From: Malacoraja senta
Lineage: Eukaryota
Direction of reading: 5' to 3'
Length of the DNA stretch: 64,000 nt
NCBI GenBank assembly: GCA_038087875.1
Contig: CM075989.1
Span: forward strand, 19,656,001-19,720,000
Part shown: positions 50,113-64,000 of the stretch, piece by piece
Numbering within the stretch: position 1 is the first letter of the stretch
Layout: each line of letters begins with the position of its first letter
Made by a program: the position numbers and the translations under genes
Notes under the pieces: model-generated
What the model saw: the letters and a program-made list of their open reading frames with translations, nothing else
The model's database searches: none
Told to the model about the DNA's origin: nothing

Positions 50113-51767
50113 TGATATAGTCCATTGACTCTTCCCATAGAATATAGAACAGAGAGCAGTATAACATAGGAAACAGGCTGTTCGGCCCACAATGTCTGAA
50201 CCGAACGCGATGTCAACCTAAACTAGTCTCATCTGCCTGCATGTGATCCCTCCATTCCCTGCATATCCATGTATCCATCTAAAAGCCTTTTAAACACATT
50301 TTCAGGATCCAGCATGAAAACAGGCCCTTCGGCCCACCAGCGATCCCCGCACACTAACACTATCCAACACACACTACACCCGGGTTGCCGGTGCTGCAAG
50401 CACTGTAAGGCAGCAACTCTACCGCTGCGCCACTGTGCCACCCTCTTATTAAACAATTCACTGTACACAAGCTGAAGATGAAGCTGAAGATAGACACAAA
50501 AAGTTGGAGTAACTCAGCGGGACAGGCAGCATCTCTGGAGAAAAGGAATGGGTGACATTTCGGGTCAAGATCCTTCTTCAGACATGAGAGTCTGAAGAAA
50601 GGGAAACTAGAGGCATGGATAGAAATAGCTGATGTGTATTATATTAAATTGCAAACAGATAGTTGAGAGTCATGGACTATAATGCAACTGAGATTTCTGC
50701 AGCCTACAAAAACTGTCTTCTATTCTCTCTCCTGGCTTATGTGTCACTGAAGCTTGGCCATTGTTACAATCACATAGCACATTCCAACTCAACTAAGGGT
50801 GGCACGGTGGCGCAGCGGTAGAGTTGCTGCACTGGAGGCTCAGGTTCGATCCCGACTACGGGTGCTGTCTGTACGGAGTTTGTACGTTCTCCCCGTGACC
50901 GCGCGGGTTTTCTCCAAGATCTTCGGTTTATTCTTCAGAGGGCGGTGGAGGCCGGTTCTCTGGATGCTTTCAAGAGAGAGCTAGATAGGGCTCTTAAAAA
51001 TAGCAGAGTCAGGGGATATGGGGAGAAGGCAGGAACGGGGTACTGATGGGGGATGATCAAGCATGATCACATTGAATGGCGGTGCTGGCTCGAAGGGCCG
51101 AATGGCCTACTCCTGCACCTATTGTCTAGTCCCACACTCCAAAGACGTACAAGTATGTAGGTTAATTGGCTTGGTGCGGGTGTAAATTGTCCCCAGTGTG
51201 TGTAGGATAGTGTTAATGCTCGGGGTGATTGTTGGTCGGTGTGGACTCGGTGGGCCGAAGGGCCTGTTTCCGCGCTGTATCTCTAAACTGCCCACCTGTG
51301 TGTGATAATGTGCCCACAGGGACAAAGCTGCAATGAAGGAACTTCCCAGGTGCACGAATAACTGAACCACACAGAGGCAACACTGTGGTGAAGGTGCCGA
51401 GGGGCAAAGCATATTTCTCACAGCTTGGCAGCTCTACACATTATAATGATGGCTTGCGATTAGTTTAAAGGCAGCTTGTAGAACAAAAAGCAACTATTTG
51501 AAGGAGAGCAATTTAGTTCCTAATTAGCACTGGCAAGACATTTCTGGGAGAAAACAGCTTGCTCAAGAGTAACTACAGCGTTTAATCTCCAGTGTTTACT
51601 CAAGGACATTAACAATCTGTTATTGAGAAGACAGAGCGTCTCAGCCTTAATAACCGCGTTCAGCAAAATTTTCACATTCAGTGAAAGTCCCCTTCCACTC
51701 ATCTCCCTCTCCCCTGCTTTACATTTCACTCTTCTTCTCCCCTGTTAGTTTAGAATATGGTCGGGTA

Positions 51768-52075
51768 GTTTAGAGATACAGCACGGAAACAGGCCCTTTC
51801 GGCACACCAAGTCTGCCCCGACCAGCGATCCCCGCACATTAACACTATCCTACACACGAGGGAGAATTTTTACATTTACCAAGCCAATTAACCTACAAAC
51901 CTGTACATCTTTAGAGTGTGGGAGGAAACCGAAGATCTCAGAGAAATCCCACGCGGTCAGGGGGAGAACGTACAAACTCCGTACAGACAGCACCCGTAGT
52001 CGGGATCGAACCCAGGTCTGCGGTGCTGCAAGCGCTGTAAGGCAGCAACTCTACCGCTGTGCCACCGTGCCTCCC
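51768..52075 (-). mobile_element. HE1-type V-SINE
   Basis: Same architecture as the other copies. Confidence 0.85.
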
Positions 52076-52079
52076 TTAT

Positions 52080-52500
52080 TGAGGTACAGTGAAAAGCTTT
52101 TGTTGCGTGCTATCCAGTCAGCGGAAAGACAATAAATGATTACAATCGAGCCATCCAGTGTACAGATACATGATAAAAGGAATAACGTTTAGTGCAAGAT
52201 AGAGTCCAGTAAAGTCCGATTAAAGATAGCCCGAGGGTCTCCAATGACGTAGCTAGGAGCTCAGGACCACTATTTGCTTGTTGACAGAATGGTTCAATTG
52301 CCTGAAAACCCCTGAACCTGGATGTGTGTGTTTTCACATTTCTGTATCTCTTGCCTGATGGGAGAGGGGAGAAAAGGGAGTGGCCGGGGTGGGGCTCATC
52401 CTTGATTATGCTGCTGGCCTTGCCGAGGCAGCGTTAAGTGTAGATAGAGTCAACGGAAGGAAGGTGGGCTTGCATGGTGATCTGTGCTGCGTCCACAGTT
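52080..52500 (-). mobile_element. Rex1/Babar-type LINE 3' fragment
   Basis: Reverse complement of the 45415-45805 family sequence. Confidence 0.7.
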
Positions 52501-54558
52501 CTCTTCACAATTTCCCCCGAATGTAACAATCGATTATCTCCTTTTCACCTCCAGCCTTTGGTTCTTACTCCACCCGCATGCCAATCACATTCACCCTCAT
52601 CTATAACCACCTTTCACTTGCCAGGCTTTGTCCTGCCCTCTATTTCAATCAGTCAGAAGAAATGCCCCAACCCAAAACATAGTCTGTGCGTTCCCTCCAC
52701 AGATGCTGTATGACCTGTTGAGTTATTCTAGCACTTTGTGTTTTGCACAAGATTCCATCATCTGCAGTTCCGCGAGTCTTCAGTAGAATTTAGTTGTTTA
52801 GAAGCTGCTACCAATGTTTTTTTTAATAAACATAGAATAGTACAACACAGGAACTTGCCCTTCGGCCCTCAATATCAGTGCCAAACATGATGCCTTGTTA
52901 AATTAATCTCCTCTGCCTGCACGTGATCCATATCCCTCCATTCTCAAAACTTGTTAAGTGACATTATAGTATCAGCCTCCTATGAAGACAGCTTCAATAA
53001 TTACTACAAGAATAGCGATTATTTTCTCCCATCTTAAATAAAATGAATTCTAAAACTAAAATGTATCAATATAATAACTTTACTTTATAAATTAATTCCA
53101 TAAATTAATTAAATTAAATTAATTTTAATTCGAATAGTGAAAGGGTTGGGTAGAGTGGATGTGGAGAGGATGTTTCCACCAGTGGGATAGTCTACGACCA
53201 GAGGTTATTTCCTTAGAATTAGAGGATGTTCCTTTAGGAAGGAGTTGTGGAGGAATTTCTTTAGTCAGAAGGTAATGAATCTGTGGAATTATTTGCCTCC
53301 TAAGGCAGTGGAGGCCATCAATGGATATTTTTAAGCCATAGATAGATTCTTGATTAGTACGGGTGTCAGGGATTATGGGGAGAAGGCAGGAGAATGGGGT
53401 TAGGATGGAGAAACAGATCAGCCATGATTGAATGGCAGAGTAGACATGATGGGCCAAATGGCCTAATTCTGTTCCTATCACTTATGACGTATTTGTTAGT
53501 TTTTGGCTAAATGGAATTATTAGCATTAATGTGACGAAACAATGCCCAAAATGAAGATGGAAGAACATTGGTAGGGTTCCTTCCACAAAGGTGATTATTG
53601 GGTGTGCTCAATATCTTTACTTTAAAAAAGCATCATTGCAACGATCTATTTGCCGGCGGTGGACCTTGCTTTGACAACTTCCTCTCTAATCTCTGTGGAA
53701 GTCACATTTTTTGAGGAAGGTGAAATAAGGAGGTAAAGAACATAGAAACATAGAATATAGGTGCAGGAGTAGACCATTTGACTCTTCAAGCCAGCACCGC
53801 CATTCAATATTATCACGGCTGATCATCCAAAATCAGTACCCCGTTCCTGCTTTCTCCCCATATCCCTTGATTCCGTTAGCCCTAAGAGCTATATCTAACT
53901 CTCTCTTGAAAACATCCAGTGAATTGACCTCCTTCTGCGGCAGAGAAGGCCAATTCACATAAAACATGGAGCAGTGAAGCACAGGAACAGGTCCTTCGGC
54001 CCGCACTGACCATGCTGTACATGATGCCAGGTTAAACTAATCTCCTCTGCCATACACTTCCATTCCCTGCATACCCATGCTCCTCTCTCTAACAGACTCC
54101 TGAATGCTGTATCTCTAAACTAAACTAAATGTTATTGCATTTAGGGGCCTGTTCAGCTGCAGCAAGTGAGAATTTCATAGTTCTGTTGCCGGTACAAATG
54201 ACAATTAAACACTCTAGACAGAACTCCAAACCTAACCTCAATAATAGAGTTTAAACATCAAAGGCCGTCTGTCCAAGATTCAATCCAAACTTGTAAACTT
54301 TGTCAATCTGCTCCTGCGCCGTTAGCAGCTTGCTTCACGCATCCGCGCCAGAGGGCAAGCTTTTTGTTTTGTAGCATTTTATATTTCCCCTTCAATTGTC
54401 ACCATAAATGTCCCAAGGCTAACGACAGCAGACGGGCCCACGGTGAGTGCAGTCTGGCCCAGTCTTTGAAGGGTACGGGCAAGGGTGAAGTACACACCGA
54501 CCTGGCTCCAGAGACTTCAGACGAAGCTCCTCAGCAATTTACCAATAACACCAGTGCA

Positions 54559-54830
54559 TAGGGTTGCCAACGTTCTCACTCCCAAATCAGGGACAAAAGG
54601 TCAAAATAAGGGGCAAATTCCCGACGGCAATTCGTTGACCGACTCGGCTGTGGCTGGGTGAACGATGAGTTGGCCCGGGTGCTGGACTGCACACAAAGCC
54701 CAGCCAGCAGGCCAGCTGAGGAGTTTTGGCCCGGGCGCCCGACTTTGCGCGTGACGTCGCGCCCAAAGTCCGGCACCCCATCCAACTTATGAACCGATGA
54801 TTGGCCATGGGAAGGAGGGGTGGTGGTGTC
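54559..54830 (+). mobile_element. Probable truncated hAT-type DNA transposon end
   Basis: Begins TAGGGTTGCCA, resembling hAT/Blackjack-type termini, followed by GC-rich sequence. No partner TIR found. Confidence 0.4.
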
Positions 54831-55774
54831 AGCGGTAAGCGATCGTTGGTCGGCACGGACTGTGGGCTGAAGGGCCTGTTTCCACGCTATATCTCTCAAA
54901 TAAACGAAGCTAAACTCAACGATCCCTCTGCTCGGCAGGGAGATTGTCTGAGGACAGAAGTGGACAAACGAACAAAGTCTGAACATAATTTTACTGCTGC
55001 AGTCCTACAAATGGCTCAGAGATGCACCTTTTCAGATGTCAAGATTCATTTTTAGTGTCATCATAAAGTAGAACTGCCTACTGTGAATCCACATAATTAA
55101 ATATAGATTATGAATGAGAATGAAGTGATAACAAAGCACCATTTAACATGCAAGGGGGACTAGTCCATCTTTGTCTGCTTTCCTGCACAGTTTCAATGGC
55201 GTGCTCGGAATACTGAGAGGGGTGTTTAAATACTTTGTGGATCGGCTTATTGCTCCGCTCCTGGTGAATGCGGAGGGAGCGCTCAACCGATGGTTCGGTC
55301 CCGATTAAGACAGGGAGGACCTCCTGACAACACAATGACAGAGGCATGCACCTTCTGCAACTGGCGGAGACAAATCTTCTGAACACACGGGTAAAGAAGG
55401 GATGGACCTTCCGAGGCGACTGCGGTAATTCAGCACGTCTCCAGCGACTCTTACAAACTTTTACACATGCTTCATAGAAAGCATACTTTTGGGTTGCATC
55501 ACAGTTTGTTTCGGGAGCAGCTCTGCCCAAGACCCATAAGAAATTGCAGAGAGTTTGTAGATGTTGTCCATTTCTATGTTATTGGGCACTTACAGCACAC
55601 AGTGGAGTTTTTATGAAATATTACCATGTGTATTGGGTAGTCCTTGATTTTCCCTCTTGGACCATCATGTATCCAACAGAACAGCGCAAAGAGGTACACA
55701 GACACGTCTTATACTATCTTCCAATCCTAATGAAACAGAAAGAGGCCATTCAGCCCTTTTGGACCATGTGAGCA

Positions 55775-56092
55775 CTTTAGACACTTTGGAGATACAGCGG
55801 ATGGAACAGGCCCTTCGGCCCACTGAGTGTACGCCGACCAGTGACCACCCCATATGCTGGCACTATCCTATGCGCAATGGGCACTATGGGCAATTTACAA
55901 TTTACAAACCAATTAACCTACAAACTTGCATGACTTTGGAGTGTGGGAGGAAACCGGAGCATCCAGAGAAAACCCACGCGGTCACGGGGAGAACGTACAA
56001 ACTCCAAACAGACAGCACCCGTAGTCAGCATGGAACCCGGGTCTCTGGCGCTATGAGGCAGCAACTCTACCACTGCGCCACCGTGCTGCCCA
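55775..56092 (-). mobile_element. HE1-type V-SINE
   Basis: Same architecture as the other copies. Confidence 0.8.
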
Positions 56093-57374
56093 GTTGGAAG
56101 AGCAGGCTTCCACTTTAAACATTCAGTTCATTTCCTGCCCTTGCCACATCTGAAAATGATACAAGTGATGAAACGATGAATAGTTAATATTTAATATAGA
56201 AAAGTGAAAAGTTCTATTCGTGAAGATTACACTGAAATTAAAACTTGCAATTTTACTAACAGATCGAGGCAAGTAAAAGCAAACATTGGCTTCACCTATC
56301 CTCTGCAGTCACAGAGTCGTATAGCAAGGAAACAGGCCCTTCGGCCCAACTCGTCCATGCCGACCAAGATGCCCCATCTAAACCAGTCCCATTTGCCCGC
56401 GTTTGACCCATAGCCCTCTCAACCTTTCCCATCCATATACCATGTGCCTGTCCAAGTGTATTTTAAATGCTGTTATTGTACCTGCCTCAACTACCTCCTC
56501 TGGCAGCTCGTTCCATATACCCACCACACTGAAAAAGTTGTCCGTCAGATTTATAGGTTAAATTGCCCCTAGTCTATAGGATATAAAACTAGTGTTTAGG
56601 TGACGGTCGGCGTGGACTTGTTGGGCCAATGGGCCTGTTTCCACATTGTATCTGTAAACTAAATTCTGCCCCTCACACCTTAAGCCTGTGGCGTCTTGCT
56701 TTTTCAATCCCCTACCCTGAGGTGAAAGACTGTGCATATATATATATATATCTGTTTTTAAGTATAATCGTCAGTTTCGAAGGACTAAGGCTGCAGTTTA
56801 ATTTGGAAATATCCTTTCTTTAGATAGAGTGGCCGTCACAACTCTATGCTTTATTGTTTAACATGCTCGCTGGGCATTCCCAGCCCCGCAGAATGGTTGA
56901 AACTGCAACTGTGTGTGCTGGTCTAGAGCCGAGACTCAGAGCCGCGGTGAAAAACACTAAGCAGCAGAATGGCTCAGCATGGGGTTTAATTCAATGATAA
57001 AATTAGAGCCGCAGTACAAAACCATACAATTACAACACATTCCTGTGGAAAATGAAAGACTTTCTCAAATAAACCGTCAAAACAAAAAGCAGATTGCCGA
57101 GTACAAGAGCCAAATATTGATTTTTATTTTTTGTGTGTGTGGCGCAGTAAACCATCTCCTTGCTATTTGGTTGTTGTCAAAGACACAGTTTAACAGCGGG
57201 AGTCAAATTGCATCATTTACAACAAGGACTCCTGTCAAGTGGACCATAAGTGTTCTCTCCGCACACTATTCAAATGGTGCTTCACCACAAAAATCATCAA
57301 CTTCACTTCAGTCAAAGCTCTGGTCCGCACAAGGACACGTTTCACAGCCCCACCAAAGCACTGGACAATGGATC

Positions 57375-57822
57375 GACACAAACAGCTGGAGTAACTCAGC
57401 GGGACAGGCAGCATCCCTGGAGAGAAGGAATGGGTGACGTTTCGGGTCGAGACCCTTTTTCAGGACCCATTCCTTCTCTCCAGAGATGCTGCCTGGCCCC
57501 ACTGGGTTACTCCAGCTTTTTGTGTCTATCTTTGGTTTAAACCAGCATCTGCAGTTCCTTCCGACACAAGGCACTGAACAGGTTTCACGATATCAACTGA
57601 ACGGCGACCTGAAAATGTTCGCTTTTAACATCTAGTGAAAAAGGTTATTCACATTCACCAAAGATAAGACACAAAAAGCTGGAGTAACTCATCTGAAGAA
57701 AGGTCTCCACCCGAAACGTCACCCATTCCTTCTCCCTAGAAATGCTGCCTGTCCCGCTGAGTTACTCCAGCATTTTGTGACTATTTTCGGTTTAAACCAG
57801 CATCTGCAGTTCCTTCTTACAC
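57375..57822. mobile_element. Penelope-derived arms (fold-back pair plus further copy)
   Basis: Same repeat family. Degenerate hammerhead-like cores at ~57436-57463 (minus) and 57693-57720 (plus). Confidence 0.7.
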
Positions 57823-60787
57823 ATTCACATTCACCACACAGATGCACTGACACTCCGGTTCAACTGAATTTGTCACACTGCTTAAAAATCTCCCCACTAC
57901 CAGCTCCACCAACAAAGGAGCGCACGTTGGCACACGCGCCGACAAAGGCAGAGTTGAAGATGTCAAGGCAGCGTGAAGTCTAACTTTTCTCTTTTGTATT
58001 TCCCAGCCAATTGTTGGGGAAAGTGGTTTCAGACAAAAGCAGGGACAAGCAATCAAAGGGGAGGGGGGGGAGACGACGACTCGTGCACTGTGCATGCTGC
58101 CTCTGTTGGCTGGATGTCTCCCATTATGGTGATGTATAAGCAGGCGGTGTCCACAAACATGGTACGAAGACCTACCGCCTTGGAGCAAGCTCAATCCTCA
58201 AATTGCCACACGGTGCCTCAACCGAAGTCTAAAATTAATTCAAGTTATTAATTTCTTAATTGGGTGACGTTAAAAAGATTTGAATGAAAAGACCATTGGG
58301 TTTAGGTACACATCTTGGCGTAGTATATAGATATAACAATAATGTAATTGTTCCATGTCCAATACACGGGTGGAACAGCGGTAGAGTTGCTGTCTTACAG
58401 CACCAGAGACCCGGGTTCGATCCTGACTGCGGGTGCTGAGTTTGTACCTTCTCCCCGTGACTGCATGGATTTTCTCCAGCTGCTCTAATGTCCTCCCACA
58501 CTCCAAAGATGTACAGGTTTGTATGTTAATTGACTTCAATAAAAATGTCCCTAAGGTGTAGGATAGTGAGGTTAGTGTGCGGGGTGATCCCTGGTCGGGA
58601 TGGATACTGTGGGCCGAAGGGCCTGTTTCCGTGCTGTATCTCTAAAGTCAAGACCACGTGGGTTTCCTTTGGGCATTTCCTCCCACATCCCAAAGGCACA
58701 CTCAGGGCAATTTACAGAGGCCAATTAACCTACAGTGTACGGAGTGGATGAGAAAGTGGGATAACATAGAAGTGGTGTGACTGGGTGATTGATGGTCAGC
58801 GTGGACTCGGTGGGCCATAGGGACAGTTTCCATGCTGTATCTCTCTAAACTCAACAATAATTTACATTACATAAACAACATTACCAGAATTCTATTGAAT
58901 TGCAATTTTATATAGCTGTGACGCTTTAGATTTGTAAAGTATAGAACAATTGATTGATTGATTGAAAGATACAGCATGGAAACACTCGTTGGCCAACTGA
59001 GTCCACGCTAACAGTCAATCACCCATTCACACCAGTTAACCATATAACAATTACAGCACGGAAACAGGCCATCTCGGCCCTTCTAGTCCATGCCAAACAC
59101 TTACTCTCTATGTTAAATGTTAAATGATGAAAGAATGGATCGACTGGGCTTATATTCACTGGAATTTAGAAGGATGAGAGGATATCTCATAGAAACATAA
59201 AATTCTTAATGGATTGGACAGGCTTGATGCAGGAAAAATGTTCCCGATGTTGGGGGAGTCCAGAACCAGGGGTCACAGTTTAAGAATAAGGTGTAGGCCA
59301 TTTAGGGCTGAGATGAGGAAAAACTTTTTCACCCAGAGAGTTGTGAATCTGTGGAATTCTCTGCCACAGAAGGCAGTGGAGGCCAATTCCCTGGATGTAT
59401 TCAAGAGAGAGTTAGATGCAGTACTTAGGGCTAATGGAATCAAGGGAAGAAACTCAGGCGGTCACAGGGAGAACATGCAAACTCCACAAAGATGGCACCC
59501 AAGGTCAGGATCGAACCAGGGTCTCTGGCACTGTAGGGCACCAACTCTAAATGCTGTGCCATTATGTCACCCCAATATCCATGTCTGCTGCTAAACACGC
59601 ATATGAAAGCAGTTTTACGTTTTGCACAAAAACATAAGATATCACTGGTAATCTCATAATGCTAAAAGTTATTTGATTCAATCATCCTAAATCTGCAACC
59701 TTTAGTTCACTTTGCTTTAGAGACACAGCGTGAAATCAGGCCCTTCGGCCTGCCGAGTCTGTAATAAATATATTATACATTCAGCAGCACAAAATATGAA
59801 CGTTAATATTCAAGTACATCAAGCAATTAACATTAGTAAATGGGAATGGAGATTGTGATCTTAAAATAAGGACATCCTAGTGCAGTTACATGGGGCTTTG
59901 GTCTCCTAATTCAAGGAAGGATATTTGTTTTGAAGATGGTGCAATGAGCTCTCATCGATTCCTGAACTAAGAAGGATGTTCTTTGAAGAGAGACGAGGGC
60001 AGAATTCACTGACATTCTCTGGAGTTCTGAGAATGAAGAGCTCCCTCTCTGGAACGTATAAAATTACTTAAGGGCTTGATGAAGTTAATGCTGAGAGCCT
60101 ACTTCTGTCAGGTGGAGGGTTTATAACTGAAGATCGTGGTCTCGGGAAAAGTGCTTGGCCATTTAGGACTGATGAGAGGGAAACGGTTTTCTCTCCGAGA
60201 GGGGTGAATCCCTGAAGGTGTGCACTACGCTGTAGATGCGCGATCGGCGAGTACATTTGGCGTGGAGATCAATAGATCTTCTGAGCAAGTTCATCTTTGA
60301 TCTTGCTGCATAACAGAGCACCCTCGAGAAGTCCTACAATCCACTCTGCCTTCCTTTCTCTTGTGTTCTTTTATTCCATAACACTGCATCCTTTCTCTCA
60401 GGGTTGAAATGTCAAAGCTAGAGGGTGTAGCTTTAAGGTAAAGGGCACAGTTCAAAGGAGATGTGCGGGGCGGGTTTTTAACACCAAGAGTGATGGGTGA
60501 CTGGACGCGCTGCGATGGTGGCGGCAGATGCAATAGGGCTATCCAAGAGATTCTGATTAGTAAGGGAGGCAGGGGTTATGGGGAGAAGGCAGGGGAATGG
60601 GGTTGAGAGAGAAAGATAGCCATGATTGAATAGCAGAGTAGACCTGATGGGCCGAATGGCCTAATTCTGCTCCCAGAATTTATGAATGTGGATACACAGG
60701 GAATGAATGGATATGGATGATGTGCAGGCAAAAGAAGAGATCATGTTTGGCATGGTCATTGTGGGCCGAAGAACCTGTTCCTGTGCT

Positions 60788-61187
60788 GAAGATAGACACA
60801 AAAAGCCGGAGTTACTCAGCGGGTCAGGCAGCATCTCTGGAGAAAAGGAATAGGTGACGTTTCGGGTCGAGGTCTTTCTTCAGACTCAAACGACCCGAAA
60901 CGTCACCTATTCCTTTTCTCCTGAGATGCCGCCAGACCCGCTGAGTTGCTCCAGCTTTTTGTGTCTGTCTTCCTTTGAAACCAGCATCTGTAGTTCCTCC
61001 CTACACACACTGTTCTTGTGCTGTACTCTTCTTTGTCCTCTGTACTGAGGACCCTCGGTCTGAAGGGTCTCGACCCTAAACGTCACCTATTCCTTCTCTC
61101 TAGAGATGCTGCCTGATCCGCTGAGTTACTCCAGCATTTTGAGTCTATCTTTCGTGTAAACCAGCATCTACAGTTCCTTCCTACACA
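60788..61187. mobile_element. Penelope-derived fold-back pair plus tandem arm, ~50 bp downstream of the WDR72 exon donor
   Basis: Inverted arms ~60788-60885 and ~60890-61005; further arm ~61057-61187. Confidence 0.7.
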
Positions 61188-61234
61188 GTGAACCATGGAA
61201 GTGTTGGTTATGGAAAGAAAAGAAGGCAAGTTAC

Positions 61235-61434
61235 CTCTGTGGTGTGGAAAGCCGCAGGAGATGTGCTGAATTTGAAGGAGGCACATTGCTTGCAGCTCTT
61301 CCTCTGCACTGGGTCAGGTGATCTCCCTCCCATGGATATCGAATCGATTGTGTTCATGAATATAGACAAGGAGTCATCACACGATCCAATGATTGCCTTT
61401 GCTACTTCACCAGTCTCGTGTCGATCAAGCGTTC
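61235..61434 (-). CDS. WDR72: WDR72 internal coding exon (200 bp; probably equivalent to human exon 14)
   Basis: Translates (G)TLDRHETGEVAKAIIGSCDDS...FHTTE, resembling the recalled human WDR72 segment [22 protein letters not shown]. Acceptor ttctctttggcag, donor GAG|gtaact. Phase 1 in, phase 0 out, matching the next exon. Confidence 0.9.
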
Positions 61435-61569
61435 CTGCCAAAGAGAACGTCAGAACTTGAGAAGGAGAAGTAGGGTAGGCCAGTAGAAGCAAGGAACTTC
61501 AGATTCTTGTCTAAAGTGCCCTCAAAAAGGAGAGAGGGTCGGAAACATGGGCAAGAATTTGGGGACTTG

Positions 61570-61870
61570 GGTGGCTCAGTGGTGCAGCGGTAGAGTTGCT
61601 GCCCTACAGACCTGGGTTCAATCCTGACTACGGGTGCTGTCTGTACGGAGTTGGTACGTTCTCCCCGTGACCTGCCTGGGTTTTCTCTGAGATCTTCGGA
61701 TTCCATCCATACTCCAAAAACCTACAGGTTTGTAGGTTAATTGCCTTGGTGTAAATGTAAAAATTGTCCCTAGTGTGTGTAGGGTGGTGTTAATGTGCGG
61801 GGATTGTTGGTCGGTAGGGAGTTGGTGGGTTAAAGGGCCCGTTCCCGCCCTGTATCTCTACAACTAAAAA
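61570..61870 (+). mobile_element. HE1-type V-SINE
   Basis: Same architecture. Additional partial or full copies at ~3040-3310, 5620-5830, 6995-7170, 12140-12375, 13430-13745, 25385-25600, 35065-35325, 46050-46255, 46735-47015, 50310-50445, 50796-51290 and 58368-58650. Confidence 0.8.
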
Positions 61871-62484
61871 TTAAAAAAATTAAAACTAAAGTTAATGGTA
61901 CAAGTAACATTGTCAAACTGAAAGAAACGGGGGATAGACAGGAGATTCCATTTCCAGTAAACTTGGAGAGTTTAGGGTTGGAATAGACAGCAGAGAATGG
62001 GAGATGCAAGATTATGGAACGATTGAAATGAGGGGACAAGAGTTTAGAACAAAGGTATTAATATAATTTTATTAGGATTAGATACAATTGCATTCCATGC
62101 CCATTAGATTTATGAATTCATTTGATAGTGAAAATTTGAAATTTGATTGTTAAAATGGGATACTTTGTAACTTTATCAGCACCCTTTATGTGGCCACTCT
62201 TTGCATACATTAGGTATATAAAACAAAGAATATCACTGTGACATGTCACATGTGACAATAAAATATCATTCATTCATTCATAATAAATTGACAAATAATG
62301 CATTTTAATTTAATCAATTGCCAAGCAGAATGAATTATCAGAACAGCTGCTTTTCAGGAATATTTCAGTCAAGAAAGAGTTTATATATTATGTCTCTACG
62401 CATCCCAATTTTTTTTTAAATCTGTGCAAGCAACCCACACCACAACAAGCAGAACAATGATGCGAGACAAGTTAATCTGATGTT

Positions 62485-62935
62485 GGACACAAAGTGCTGG
62501 AGGAGATCAGCGGGTCAGGCAGCATCTCCGGAGAACATGGATAGGTGACGTTTTTGGGTCTGGACCCTTCTTCAGACTGATTGTGCTTGGGGAGGGGGGC
62601 GGGAGGGGGGGGGGTGGCAAGAAAACTGGGAGAAAGGAGGGCAAGGACCAAGCTTGGCAGGTAATGGGTCGACACAGGCGAGATGGGTTTTTGATAGGTA
62701 GTTTGGTTGGAATAAAGTCCAGAGATTAAAGCTTAGTTACCTAAAATTGGGAGAATTCAATGTTCATACCGTTGGGCTGTAAGCTACCCAAGTGGAATAT
62801 GAGGTGTTGTTCCTCCATTTTGCTTGTGGCCTCACTCTGGCAGTGGAGGAGGCCAGGACAGCAAGGTCAGTGTGCAAATGGGAAGAGGAGTTAAAATGGT
62901 TAGCAACCGGGAGGTCCAGTAGTTCGTTGTGGCCA
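62485..62935 (-). mobile_element. Penelope-like element 3' fragment: ORF C-terminus (GIY-YIG region), UTR and terminal repeat with hammerhead-like motif
   Basis: Minus strand, with frameshifts: LDLPVANHFNSSSHLHTDLAVL/LLHCQSEATSKMEEQHLIFHLGSLQPNGMNIEFS, typical of a vertebrate Penelope ORF end. Followed by ctgaagaagggtccagacccaaaaacgtc (62575-62547). Confidence 0.85.
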
Positions 62936-64000
62936 GCCTGCCATTTAATAAGACCATGACTGGTCTTTCCTGCATAACCTTGGATTATTCTTTGGAGCGC
63001 AGGAGGATGAGGGGTGATTATATAGAGGTGTATAAAATCATGAGAGGAATAGATCAGGTCTCTTGCCCAGAGTAGGTGAATCGAGAACCAGATGAGATAT
63101 GTTTAAGGAGTAGGGTGCAAAGATTTAATAGGTATCTGAGGAGTAACTTTTTCGCACAAAGAGTGGTTGGTGTATGGAACCAGCTGCCAGAGGAGGTAGA
63201 TGAGGCAGGGACTACCCCAGCGTTTATGAAACAGTTAGACAGGGGTACATGGATAGGACAGATTTGGAGGGATATGGGCCAAACACGGGCTGGTGGGATT
63301 CATGTAGCTGGGACATGTTCGTCGGTGTGGGCAAGTTGGGCCGAAGGGCCTGTTTCCACACTACATCACTCTATGACTCTAACTTCATACTCTTAAATTG
63401 CCTTAACAGGCGAGGGAGGGGGGGGGGGGGTTGATTAGCAAATGGTTAGACAAAGGCCCAGAGATGAAAAGTAGACAAAAGGCTGTGAGATAAGGAGAAA
63501 AGAGTGTGATTTGTGAGGCCAGAGGAAGGGATATTGGTGGAAGCAATAATCTAATGGCTCGACCTAGTCAAGAGCAAACATGGCAACGGATAATGAAAAT
63601 GGCTGACTTTACGCTGGTATTATTATAAAAATAAATAATAAAAAATAAAAAATGGATTTTATTGTCACAAACTATGTAAGACACTCTTCTATCACCAACC
63701 AGAACATTTTAATTGGAAGAGTCAATAGAACTGCAGAATTCTTATGTTAAAATATACTTTATGTAATAAACTGGGGAATTATTATTAATTACATCTATCA
63801 CAGTCACAAGTTTTCTTTCCCCTTTATTTTAATGCCCTTTTAATGCAAAACCTTCCAGTCAACTTGTGGTGAATATATTTTTTTTATTTTCATATCATAA
63901 ATTTTCAACTGATTTATCTAATTAAATCACCGGATAAGACTTAATTTTATTTCCCTCCACTGATATCACAAAACATTTAATCATGAAAACAATGAAGATG

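Overview
Eukaryotic, repeat-rich DNA from a cartilaginous fish, most likely a skate or ray; this is inferred from HE1-type V-SINEs and HER1/CR1-type LINE tails. The only host gene I can support is WDR72 on the minus strand, with five phase-compatible GT-AG exons: 61434-61235, 38923-38073, 35707-35613, 31694-31618 and 30381-30213. Upstream exons lie beyond the window and I could not place the terminal exon(s). The rest is intron or intergenic DNA packed with SINEs, CR1, Rex/Babar, L1 and Tx1 fragments, Harbinger-type MITEs, Penelope-derived fold-back elements and microsatellites. Most ORFs in the supplied track are by-products of these repeats. Top finding: a 431-bp, TSD-flanked, (GAA)n-tailed short retroelement (33874-34304, minus) whose first 54 nt fold into a complete minimal HDV/CPEB3-type ribozyme, with the predicted cleavage site exactly at the element's 5' boundary. 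It sits in sense orientation in a WDR72 intron, nested in a Penelope fold-back element carrying hammerhead-like motifs, and enclosed by an 85-bp near-perfect inverted repeat that covers a candidate 15-nt microexon. All folds and homologies were done by eye or from memory; coordinates of repeat fragments are approximate.
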